From contig CAVNZM010000010.1 of NCBI GenBank assembly GCA_963693365.1, positions 7,069,794 through 7,133,793 on the forward strand: a DNA stretch of 64,000 nucleotides, in the 5' to 3' direction. A program made the position numbers and the translations under genes. Every line of letters starts with the position of its first letter. Within the stretch, counting starts at the first letter, position 1. This document shows positions 1 to 11,945 of the stretch, in pieces. Source of the stretch: Amoebidium appalachense. Taxonomy: Eukaryota; Protista; Ichthyosporea. The notes below the pieces were generated by a model. It was not told the DNA's origin. It did not search any database and saw only the letters and a list, made by a program, of their open reading frames with translations.

Positions 1-740
1 TTTGCTCACCTTGCTTGCATAAGCAACCCTGCTCGTCTTTGATCAAGACGGGTTGACCCACCCAAGTTCAGTTGATGCTGCTGTCTGAGTTGGAGCGTCG
101 TATATACGCGGGCTAAGGGGTCGAAACTCAGACGCAATTGATGACTTGGGCCCTCCCTGAGGATGGGCTCTGCTTATGACGCATACTGTGCGCATGGCTG
201 ATGCTGCATAGTTGAATGTTTGCCTTTGCATGTGTCCTGCACCATGCTTCTCATCGTGTATGCGTACTTCGTACTGTGTTCCGCATTCAAACCCCCCTGT
301 CTTCTTTCAGAGGTGTCCTTTCAGGACAGACCACTGTGTGGAGACATCTTTACTTCCATGCAACCGGGCATGGTTGCTCTGTGTCGTGCATCTGTAAGCA
401 CACGCGTTTGTCGCTGCACTGCATTAGTTTGCACACACATCTTCACCGTTTTGCTCACCTTGCTTGCATAAGCAACCCTGCTCGTCTTTGATCAAGACGG
501 GTTGACCCACCCAAGTTCAGTTGATGCTGCTGTCTGAGTTGGAGCGTCGTATATACGCGGGCTAAGGGGTCGAAACTCAGACGCAATTGATGACTTGGGC
601 CCTCCCTGAGGATGGGCTCTGCTTATGACGCATACTGTGCGCATGGCTGATGCTGCATAGTTGAATGTTTGCCTTTGCATGTGTCCTGCACCATGCTTCT
701 CATCGTGTATGCGTACTTCGTACTGTGTTCCGCATTCAAA
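1..740 (+). mobile_element. Non-coding structured retroelement, subfamily A, tandem copies (449-nt period), running off the window start
   Basis: 1-295 recurs exactly 449 nt later. The 3' end is ...CCGCATTCAAA followed by CCCC. Near-identical copies lie at 44017, 56092 and 62186. No credible ORF. Confidence 0.85.
17..178 (+). ncRNA. Candidate permuted hammerhead-like ribozyme (subfamily A); second copy at 466-627
   Basis: GACCC 55-59 / GGGTC 118-122 (stem II); GAAA 123-126; GTCTGAGT 83-90 / ACTCAGAC 126-133 (stem III); GTT 89-91; GGAG 92-95 / CTCC 153-156 (stem I); CTGAGGA 157-163; closing stem CATAAGCA/TGCTTATG. Covaries with subfamilies B and C. Confidence 0.65.
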
Positions 741-909
741 CCCCTACCTATTTTCCCCAGCCCTACGTGCTATCGAAAAATTGGTACATGGTAGACTGAG
801 TTTTCTTCTCGCTTCCCACACATACACACCGGTAGCTGATGTCCAATCTCCTTCATGCAATTTAGCCATAAAAGGCTAAAGTGACAATTTTCTGATTGGT
901 GCAATGCAG

Positions 910-2322
910 ATACTACATTGCCGAGCAGCTGAGGGCAGGGGGGATTCCCGTGACGATGGTTTTGGATGCGGCGGTTGGGTCTGTGATGGAGAAGGTGGAT
1001 CTGGTAGTGGTGGGGGCGGAGGGCATTGTGGAAAACGGCGGAATCATCAATAAGGTGGGTGGGTGTGGGTGGGTGGGGGGGGGGGGGAGAGGGGGGAGGG
1101 TTGGGATGGGGGGGGGGGGGGTGGGGGGTGGGGGACGGGGGACGGGGTAGGGTGGATTGGTGGCTGCGATGTGGGGAGGTGGGTGGGTGGATGGGTGTGT
1201 GGGCGGGTTGGTGGGTTGGTTGCTGGAGAGGCGGGGGGGGGTATTTGCATAGGGTTTGCTGGGCGTGGTCGTGCATGGGAGGAGCCAGTTTTGTGGGTAC
1301 TACGTGTTTGTAAGTGTCTATGTGCATTCTTGTTTTTTGTGTGTAAGAAAGAGAAAGAGAGAGACAGAGAGAGAGAATGTGCGTGAGGGGGAGGAAGGAG
1401 GGGGGGGGGGGGGGGGGGGGTTGCTAGTAGTGGAAGAGTCAGGCAAGAGCCAAGGAACTGGGCTGACTGGGTCATTGCCTAGTTTTCGGTGTACGGTTCG
1501 CTGTTTTCAATATGGGCTGTTTGCTTGTTTGCTGTACCTTTGCTCGGCAAGAGATGGGGGGGGGGGGGGGGGGGGGGGGGGGCATTTGCTGGGGACTCCA
1601 GACTCTCTGTGCATCTTACACCTTTTGAGTGTACAGGTCCGTGATCCTCCCCCCCCCCCCCCTCCCCCCCCCCCCCCCCCCCCCCCACCCTTCCCCCCCT
1701 TGCCTCTTGGCCCCCTTCCCTCCTCAAAAGACACCAAAGGTGTTCCTATCCACCCACCCACACATCCATCCATGTTCCATTGACTTCCACCCCCTTCTGA
1801 CCACGTACACAGATTGGCACGTACAATCTGGCCCTTGCTGCCCATGCTGCAAATAAGCCCTTCTATGCCGTCGCAGAGAGCTTCAAGTTTGCACGGTACT
1901 TATCTACCCCCCCCCCCCCCCCCCCCCCCCCCCCCTTCTCTCTCTCTCTCCCCCCTCCCCACCCCCTTTCCCCCTTTCCGGGGGAAGCGAAAAAAGAGGA
2001 ACTTTTCTCTACCCCCTGGATAATAAATAATAATTTATGGTAGCTACCCAACCAACCACTCCTTGCCCAATCCTCTCCTTCTCCGTTCAGTTGGATACCC
2101 TTGCACTTTGACTGCAACACCACCCGTCGGTAGGAGCTTGCTGGAATCGGAACATATGCATACACGCAGAGCACATGCTACAGGTGACGCTAGACTCACA
2201 TGCACGGTGCAGATTGTTTCCCCTCAAGCAGGGTGATATCCCCCGCAGTCGAGACTTGGGGCTCAGTTTTAAGCGGTTGCCCGGCAGCACGGCAGAGGCA
2301 TCGACGTCAGGGGATACACTGC

Positions 2323-2371
<49 letters not shown>

Positions 2372-2837
2372 TGCATGTGTGTGTGTGCGCGCGCGCTCTG
2401 CGTGCGCACGTCCTGTGCATATGCCGATGTGTGTAGGTGGTGTGGGTGCGCGCCCGCATATACTCGTGTGCGTGGGCATGCAAAGTGCGTGTGCATGTTT
2501 GCATGTGTGTGCCTTGCGTGCGTGTGCATTTGTGTGCGCCTGTGTGTGGCGAGGAGGGGGAAAGGGAGGGGGGGAGGGGGGGGGGGGAGAGGGGGGGGAG
2601 GATGCCAACTTGATGATAGTTGGTTTGTTGATCGCTTAGTTTCTTGGTTTGGAGGGGGAGGGGGGGGGGGGGGGGAGAAGACCCAATGGCAAGCGTGTCT
2701 GACACTGTATGTGCACACAGTACTTCAATCCGTGGGCCGACTACACACCACCACAGTACATCACCCTGCTGTTCACAGACCTGGGGGTATTGACGCCATC
2801 AGCTGTCAGCGACGAACTTATCCAGCTCTACCAATAG
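910..2837 (+). CDS. EIF2B1: Translation initiation factor eIF2B subunit alpha, last four exons (910-1054, 1813-1895, 2213-2324, 2721-2837)
   Basis: GT-AG spliced translation: ...[20 protein letters not shown]|[28 protein letters not shown]|[10 protein letters not shown]...|[38 protein letters not shown]. These are recognisable eIF2B-alpha motifs. The 5' exons are outside the window. Confidence 0.95.
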
Positions 2838-3263
2838 CACATGGTGCCCCCTCCAACTGCACCATATATGCACACTCGCGTTACACATATACACGCACAA
2901 ACAAACATTAGAACATTGTTCACGTGCATGCGAGCACTTTAACACCCTTTCAAGAACAGCACACATGGGTTACGTGGCATTACACAACCAAGAAAAGTAA
3001 AAAGAGAGTGGCTAATAGCTCTTGCATGAAAGTTGCACACAATCCTGCCTTCAACTTTGGAAACAAATGTATTTTTTGAGTTTGCAGGCTGGCAAGAACA
3101 TTGTGCTATGAATGTACAGTGACACAGGCTAGCAGCACACACCCATCATACAGTATATGCAGATAGTCGTGTATGCTGATATGCCCCGGTGCTGGCCACT
3201 GGGTAGAAATGATAGCGCCTTCATTCAAGATTGAACAATACGTGTATTTTCGAGCTCCAGAGA

Positions 3264-3316
<53 letters not shown>

Positions 3317-3552
3317 ACCTCCCTCCCTCCCCCACCCCTCCTCCCCCCCTCCCCGCTTCTCCAATCCCTTCCCCTGACCATGGGATTGCCCCTCACCACA
3401 ATAACTTTCAATTCATTTGCATTATCACATCACACTGATATGGTGCGCTGGGTACTTTGCTGTGTACCAACCACCCATACCGTAACAAGCAGACACGTGT
3501 ACACTCGTGCACACAGCACATGCACACACACACACACACAGTGTCACACACA

Positions 3553-3583
<31 letters not shown>

Positions 3584-3623
3584 GTGCCAAGTACTGGGTG
3601 CACGATCGCTCAGATCCCGCTGA

Positions 3624-3660
<37 letters not shown>

Positions 3661-4458
3661 ACAGCTCCGGCCCCACGTGTACACACGACCGGGCGACTTG
3701 GGGGTCGGCCAACCTTGGGATCCACCAATCATCGATTTTTTTTGTATAGGGCCTTGAGAGTCACGCATGTCCACGAATCATTTACGGTCAGCAGCATACG
3801 TGTACGCGCACGTACGACCATACACGCGCAATTAAGCATGCACGCAGCGCGCCATGCATGCTCGCACCGTTTGCATGCACACGGTCAATTCCCGGATTCG
3901 CATGCCTGCATGCACATGTACACGGGGTCAGTCTCTGCTGCATGCATACTGGCTAGGCCTAGAGAAGTCACCTGCCTCGAGCTCACAATAAGACGTGGAA
4001 TCGAAGTCTTGAACCGCACGTTCCGATTTCAATAATTGCACGATTCTCACAATACATAGCCCATGGGCCAGCCACGGCTTTTTATTTATCACTTGAAGTC
4101 CGTCCATTTATAGTGTGCAGCCCACATAAAGTTCAAGTTATGTACAAATACGGCAGCTGCACCTGGGCAACGTTAGTTACTCAGTAACAAATACATCGCA
4201 GGACACCGTAAAATGCCATGCTGATAATTTGGGTCATGCTAACTCGCATGCATGTTCATTCACACAGCCAATCTCCATGCACCGCACATTTTGCTACCCA
4301 GTCTTGAGTAATCTCAGAGAGACCGGGGCCAGCACACATCACTTTTTGTACAGAGAACAGAATCAATGACCGATTAACAGGTGTACATGCGGTTATTGAC
4401 TGTGTGTGCATGTGTGCGTGTGTGCGTGTGTGCGTGTGTGTGTGTATGCGCACGCGCG

Positions 4459-4514
<56 letters not shown>

Positions 4515-4813
4515 CGCGTGTACGTGTGTGTGTGTGTGTCGTCTGTACACGTGTGCACGCGACTGTGTGCTTGTGTGCTCGTGTGCTTGTGTGTTCCATG
4601 TAGACGGAAGTAGACGGCAGAGCATCTTCAACTTCAAACGAAAACCACTCTTTCAACAACAAGACAAGCTGACAGTGCCCCAACAGCGCAATAAACACTG
4701 TGCCTTAGACTGGCTAGCTATCCACATAGCATCACAGCTATCATCTTGGCCAAACCTCTAACCACCCCAGTATTCACCCACCTTCACACTAATTCTTAAC
4801 CATTCCACCCCGC

Positions 4814-5198
4814 CTACTCCAGATAAGCAGTAAGTGGCTCTGCCCCCGTCTCTGTGATCAGTATGCTGTGTTCAAACTGTGCTGCACGGCCCCCGTCTAA
4901 CGTCACAGCCGTCCACCCATCATCCCAAATCATCACCTCACCACTGCCCTCACACACAATGGGCTCTGAGGAAAGGAAAACTATTGGTTAGTATAATGTG
5001 TGGTTTATGCAAGCCTAAAGTGCGATGACTGCATTTTCATATCTGTTCCTAGAAGGACAGCCGGGAATGTAGGCACCTTAGATATTTGAGAGTAGCTTTC
5101 ACTGGAAAGATGTGACCTGAGAGAGGGCCTGGGGTTTTTTTTTGGGTGGGTGGGTGGGTCGGGGAGGTGTGTATATGTGTGTGCTTTTTTTTTTTTTT

Positions 5199-5242
<44 letters not shown>

Positions 5243-6415
5243 GGGGGGATGTTGGTGTTGCAACATAATGGAATGTTCTGTAAACATGCATGGGCAGATT
5301 GTTACGGAGTAAGCAAGGTTAATAGGGACCAAATGGGGGGGGGGAGGGGGGGGGGAGGCACACCTATTGTGAAGATCATTCCCGGCTTCATGATACCCGG
5401 CTCTCTGTTTGCTGTGGAGGTTGTAAATGCCAAAGCCAATACCAACCACATGGCAATATCAGCATCCCACCAATTGTATCAGAACAACACACCACAAACG
5501 GGGACAGAGGGAGGGGAGGGGGGAGGGGGGGCGGTGGGGGGGGGTGGGGGGAGGGGGGTTAGAAACGTGTTGAGGCCGGCGGGGGGGGGGGGGGGGGGGG
5601 GGGAGGGGATGTGTCGCTTATTGCATTGCTAAATGATTCACCAGCACAACACAACGTAGACATAAAAAACATTGAACCACTAGGAAAGAGGGAGAGAGGG
5701 GGAGGGGGGGGGGGGGGGGGAAGCAATCAGACACGAAAGGTGGAGAGACGGGGTGGGGCGGGGGGGAGGGGGGGGAAGAGTGCACACATGATGCCCAGAT
5801 GGGTATTGGTTAGTGTGTGGTGTGGACGTACCATAGGGCAGGATGGTGGGGGCCGTGTGGAACTCCTGGCCCAGCCCATGGCCCACAAACAGCTCCACAA
5901 CAGAGTAGCCCTCATGCTGCACGTACGGCCTGAAAAAGGGGGGGGGGGGGGGGTAGAGTAGCTGAGTTAGAGTGTGCTATACAGAGTACGAAGTACACAT
6001 CCACGTGCAACATGGGGCACAGGCAAGATGACCGAGGTGTCCATCGATGTGTGCCTGCAGGGGCTGGACTAGGAGATTTCCTCTTACTTTTCCTTCTCCT
6101 CCTGCTCCTAGGGTAGCAAACAACAAAGAACAAGAAAGCGATGCAGAGTAGGTAGGATAAGCTATGGGAGGCCAGTTGTCAATGCTAGGCAGGGTAGGCC
6201 GACAGGATGATAAATTGAGGGAGTAAGCGCAGCATGCATCCAAGATAGGCAAAGGGAGGCAAACACCGAGGGGTGGGGGGTAGAGAGGCGGGAAGGGGTC
6301 GGGGGGGATAATTACTCGATGGTGTTGCCGATGGCATTCAAGGGAACACCTGGCCCACATATACCTATCGCCATGTCGACACAGGTCTTGGCGACGTGGA
6401 TGAGTTTCTGTGTGT

Positions 6416-6511
<96 letters not shown>

Positions 6512-9500
6512 GTGCGTGTGCATGTATGGTGTGTGTGTGTGTGTACGTTGGTGGTGGTGGTGGTGGTAGGCGGGGATGCAGGAGCTTGCTTGCCATATGT
6601 CATCTGGGCTGTGTGATACTCAAACAAGTGCACGAAACCAAAGTCAGTTCTCCCAGTAACCCTTTAAAATACACCACAGAAGGGGGGCCCCGTAGGGGAC
6701 CAGGGAAAGTGGGAGGGGGAGGAGAGAGGGAGAAGGGGGGGGGGGGGGGGGGGGGGGGGGGTGATGTATGCGTCAGGGGGTTGGAAATATGGAGGAGACA
6801 ACAAAGAGCAACAACAAAACGTCACAAAGGTGGGAAATCCAAAATCAAACAATTTAAGCGTGCAGGCAGAAGACACTCGAACAGAGCCCATCATCAGGGG
6901 GGTTCCTATGCCTCCACAAAAGCATGTGTTTCGACTCTTTTACCTCTCGCGCGTGGTTCCCAACCCATACTTTGTTTCAACAGCAATAGGCGAGTCCACC
7001 CATCTTAGCCAAAGACGAGCAGGGTTGTTCAAGGAGCAGCAATCTGAGAACGCAGAGTCTACAAAATCTGCAAGCAGACAAAAAAACAAAGAAAGCAAGC
7101 AGAGAGATAGAGCATAAGCCGGGCTTCTACAAAGCTCCCCGACTCCCTAACCTATATAGAAGGGGAGGGAGGGGGGGGGGGGGGGGGGGGGGGAGGGGGA
7201 GAGAGGGAGGGAATGGGGAGAGAGAGGGGGAAGGGGGGGGGGGGGGAAGAGGGGAGGGGGAGGGGAAGGGGGGGGGGGGGGGGGGGGGGCATGGAGACAG
7301 AGAAAACAGGGGGGGAACTTAACCTGGCAACTATTGCTTTATTAGAGGGTTACCCCACGTAATAAACCAATAGGTTTGACCCATGCCACTGGGGGGCAGT
7401 GCACCTGACCGGGTGGAACTTTAACGTGTTCGAACGGGTGGGTAAGCCCCTGGCGGCCAGCCAGCATTCACCTCGTGCGCATGGGCTTTAGGAAGCCAAA
7501 ACGGTAGCCAAGTTGTATCACTACATGTGATACGCCATATGTTGAGACCCATTATGCACGGAGTGTAGTCTATATATATGTGTGTGTGTGTATGATATTG
7601 ACATCGTGTGTGTGAGTAAGATTATATTGGTGTGCGACTTCTTCGAATGACGGATTTGAGAATAAATGAATAATGTGTGCCGCGATACATCGATGGATTG
7701 TTTCTAATGTATGATATGGTTTTATGAATGAGTTTATTGTAGATATATCCCTTAGCTAGTAGTCTAGATATTAGGGTAGCTGCGTGAATGGAGAAAGCAT
7801 GCAATGAGGAGCACTTACGGTGATAGCTACATAGTTGACTAGTTATGATACCATATTTAGTGGTGTCAGAAATGAATGAATCGATATGGGGATAGCGAAC
7901 GATAGCGAGTTTAGAACATGTGCTGGTATCGAGTTTATTGTATATGCTTGTGTGGATGCCGTGATTGGTTGCTCGGATATGGTGATCTAGATAGTTAACA
8001 GCGCTGCCTTCGTCGGCGAGATTGACTTGCAATGTGTTTTTAGGATAAATGCCGTATGTGTTGTCTTCGATTTAAAGGTGATTGCTGACGATATTGTTGT
8101 TGATAGAGATAAGATCATCGATATAGCGCTTAGTGAATTGGAATTCGACAAGAATATCTACAAGCTGGTCGTGCACTATTTTTTCGAAAAATTCTAATTC
8201 GTAAGTGAATAGATAATAGTTGGCTAGGAATACGGCACAGTTCGTGCCCATTGGGATGCCTATTGATTGATGATAGAGATTGTCCCCGAAAGCCACGTAA
8301 GTGTTGTCGATGAGGAAGCATGCAAGTTCGCAGAAAGTGTCTTGATCGAGATATTGTGTGTGGTTGCTGTTTGGCTGAGCGGCTTCTAGCCATGCGAAGC
8401 GGTCTGATTGGACTTTGGGGTACTTGAGAGTATTCCGAGATTCGTCTAATTTGTTGTTGAACACGCGTCTAACCAAAGCGCAAATTCGCGATTTCAAATC
8501 CTGCAGATTGATTTTTGTATAAAGTGTGGAGAAATCATACGTGCGAATTTTGGTATCTTTATGCTGGCGAGTAATGCGATTGATCGAGTTGATTGTGTCT
8601 ATCAGTTCGGCGCTATCTTTCAAAATCCAGCTCCGAGTATTATGAGGAAGATGGTCCTTAACTGTATTTTTCCAGATGTGTTCTACGTCACTTTGAATGC
8701 TCTTAAACGCATTTGAAAGGAGAATGCTAACGAATTCGAGAGATGTAGATGCGGAGCTGGCAATGAATCGGAATGAAGGAGGATCCTTATGCATTTTAGT
8801 GATTGCATGAAAGGTAGGGAGCGCAGGTTTGAATGTTTCTTTATTTTTGAGGTTGAATATGAGATTGTGACGTGCGCAAAATGCTGTGTGTGTAGCTATG
8901 ATCTGTTCGGTTGATTGAGCGCATGGTACATATGTGGCGTTAGGTTGATTGAGTTCATTCATGATCGTTTAGATATAATGTTTTTTGCAGACGATAGCGA
9001 ATGTGTTTGTGGCCTTGTCCATAGTGGTGACTACGAAATCTTTCTGGAAAAGGCGAAATTGTTATGAGGTCATCGCGATCGAGGGCATGTTCGTTTTCAG
9101 TGTGGTTGGCCTTTTGAATGTATGATTGAATTTTTTGAATTATCGAAATGACCCAATTGGTAAAGGCAGCTGAAGGTGGAGAGAACTCTTCTTCAAGCTT
9201 CCTCGTAAAAGAAACGATTGCTTCCTCGATAAGTGCCATTGATTCGGTGCGATCGGATTGGTTAATCTGGACGCGAAATTTGGTGCCGAAGGTCATGAGT
9301 TTAGAGATTTTGTGCGGAATGCCAGGAAGGTTGGTTTCTGTAGTTAGAACGTGGTCATGATTGGGATGGATGAAGGCGCTGTATTTTGATTGTGCGCAAG
9401 CGCATGGCTGGGCTAGAATGCTGTTGATACTATCGTTTCTAAGGCGTGCTGTGTGCTTACAATTGTTGAGCAGGTAACCTTGACTATCGACATATTTCCA

Positions 9501-10192
9501 TGCTGCAGTGATCGATGTGATCGAGTGTTTGACTATAGGCGGGAGCAGTGCATGAATGGAACACATTTTCACTATGCTGCTGATTGGAATGCAGTCAAGC
9601 CCGGTATTGTGGAAACAGGTGATTAGAAGTCGCTGGTATTTGTTTGGATTTTGATTGTTTGAACGACGGCGGAGTTCGCGGTTAAGATATGCGAGAATTT
9701 GTGTGTAGCGCGGCTGAGTGATAGCGATTGGGTGTGTCTGAAGATAGTCTTTCGTGTGTACTAGGTTGATTGTGCTATATTTCATGAGTTGTTTGATTTG
9801 GAACTTTCCTTCAGTTATCAAGCGATTGATGTGGAGTATGCGCCGCTCGTAGCATTGCGAGAGGTAAATGTGCTTGTTGTATTGATTGTTAAATTTGCAT
9901 CAGCTGGTTGCTGGTTGTTTGGTGGTTGTTGTTGGTCTTGATTTGGGTGATTGTTGTTGTTTTGCTGAGGCCTACCACGATTGTGGAGCATACAGGGGGG
10001 GGGGGGGGGGCAAGAAGGGAAACGAGGATGGCATCAAGAGACTCCATGCAGAGTGCTACACACGATCAATGGTCCACATGACCGGCTTAATCGAGGACTG
10101 GTGCCAGGATGGAATGTTTGTGCAAGGTCAGTGCAAAATGGTGCATGTGGGAGAGGAGGTGGAGGTGTTGCATGACACGATTTGTGTGCGTG

Positions 10193-10273
<81 letters not shown>

Positions 10274-10773
10274 GTGTGTGCTTGCGTGTGAGTGCGCGCG
10301 CATATGCGGTCTTGCGCGCATGTGTTTGTGTCTGTGTGTGGGGGGGAGGGGGGGGGGGAGGGGGGGAGGCGGGGCTTAGGCCACCTTTCCAGGGTCATCG
10401 ACCGTGCCGACCTCGAAGGTATTGCACAGGTCACCGTGCACCCCATCCTTGAACAGTGATATGTCGATACTGATCATGTCTCCCTCAACTAGTGGCCGGC
10501 TGAAAAAACAGCACTTAGTCATTATATTATACAGCGGCAGAAAGGTCACCAGAGGGGAGGGTGGGGGGAGGGGGGGGGAGGGGGGAGGGGGGGGGGGGGG
10601 GGGGAAGAAAAAGGGAGCAGAGGGATCTTGGTCTTTGTGCTCCCCCCTTAATGAATCGTGATCTTTAGTGTTGTGTGTGTGTCTCCGTTTGTGTCCGAGT
10701 TTTTCTTTCTTTTCTTTTTTCTTTCTTTCTTTATTTCTTTCTTTATTTCATTTTCTTTCTTTCTTTCTTTCTT

Positions 10774-10804
<31 letters not shown>

Positions 10805-10926
10805 GAGGGGGGGAAGGGGGGGAGGGGGCGGGGGTAGGAGAGTTTACAGGTGTGAGAGTGTGCCTGCCTGTGCTCGTGTAATGTGTGTGTATGTGTATGT
10901 CCCTCTCTCTCTCAGTGTGTGTATGT

Positions 10927-10972
<46 letters not shown>

Positions 10973-11666
10973 AGGGGTCAAAGCACCTGTCCGGGATGCC
11001 ATGGACTACCACGTTGTTCACAGAGGTGCATATGCTCTTTGGAAAGCGCATGTAGTTGAGGGGGGAGGGATAGGCCCCATTGTCCACAATATACTGGTGG
11101 CATAGCTGGTCTAGCTGCTCGGTGGTCACCCCGGGCTGTATGTGTGTACGTGTGTGTGTGTGTGTGTGTGTGGGAAGGGGGGGGGGGGGGGGAGGGGGGA
11201 GGGGGGGGGGAGGGGGGGGGGGGGGGGGGGGAGGGATGAGTGAGTGAGAGTAATTAAGTGAGTGAGAGAGTGAGTGAGTGTGTGAGTGAGTGTGTGAGTG
11301 TGTGTGTGTGTGTGTGTGTGTACGTGTGTGTGCGCATGCACAAACGTGGGGTGCGGGGGGCCGTGTGTGTGTTTGTGGGGGGGGGGGGGGGGGGGGGGAG
11401 GGGGGGAGGGAGGGAATGCAGTTTTGATAAGCGAGTAAACAGTGTGTGTGAGGATGGATGGGGACGGGGTCAGGGGACAGTTAAGTTGTCCGCATGCATG
11501 CAGCCCATGTGTGTGGCTTGCCTGTTCACAAAAACGTAAGCATATGTACCAGCGTAAACTTAGCACCTCTCCCTATCAACATATCTACAGCATAACCGCA
11601 CACCTAACATGTTACAAAAGCACATCCATTAGTGTAGTGTGTGTGTTTGTCTTTGTGTGTTTGCGT

Positions 11667-11721
<55 letters not shown>

Positions 11722-11914
11722 TGTGTGTTTGTGTGTGTATGTGTGTGTGTGTGTTTGCATGCGTGCAGCGCGGTTGGGTCCGTGCGTATGTGCATGTGCG
11801 TGCATGAGCACGTATGTGTGTATGGTGTGTGCGTGCATGTATTGTGTGTGTGCGTGAATGTGCGTGTGCATGTGTGTGCATGTGTGCGTCTGTGAACGTG
11901 CATGCGTGTGCGCC

Positions 11915-11945
<31 letters not shown>

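Noticed and set aside
118-170. Canonical type II hammerhead reading (GAAA then CUGANGA with stem II open)
   Set aside because: There is no stem III/NUH/stem I between the two boxes in any subfamily. GGGCTC after A9 is invariant while the strand before GAAA covaries with the upstream GACNN instead.
43-680. Repeated 62-aa minus-strand ORF (MQRQTFNYAASAM...) and overlapping plus-strand ORFs in the repeat
   Set aside because: Not preserved in subfamilies B and C, where base-pairing rather than reading frame is conserved; no recognisable domain.
3660-3745. GC-rich hairpin followed by a T run (Pol III-like small RNA or tRNA)
   Set aside because: No cloverleaf or A/B boxes recognised, and it is single-copy in the window.
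8069-9915. In-frame stops in the PLE as selenocysteine or alternative genetic code
   Set aside because: The two stops in conserved regions are TAA, accompanied by a frameshift, and other ORFs here terminate at TAA/TAG/TGA. The one TGA near 9910 is in unalignable sequence. Decay is the simpler explanation.
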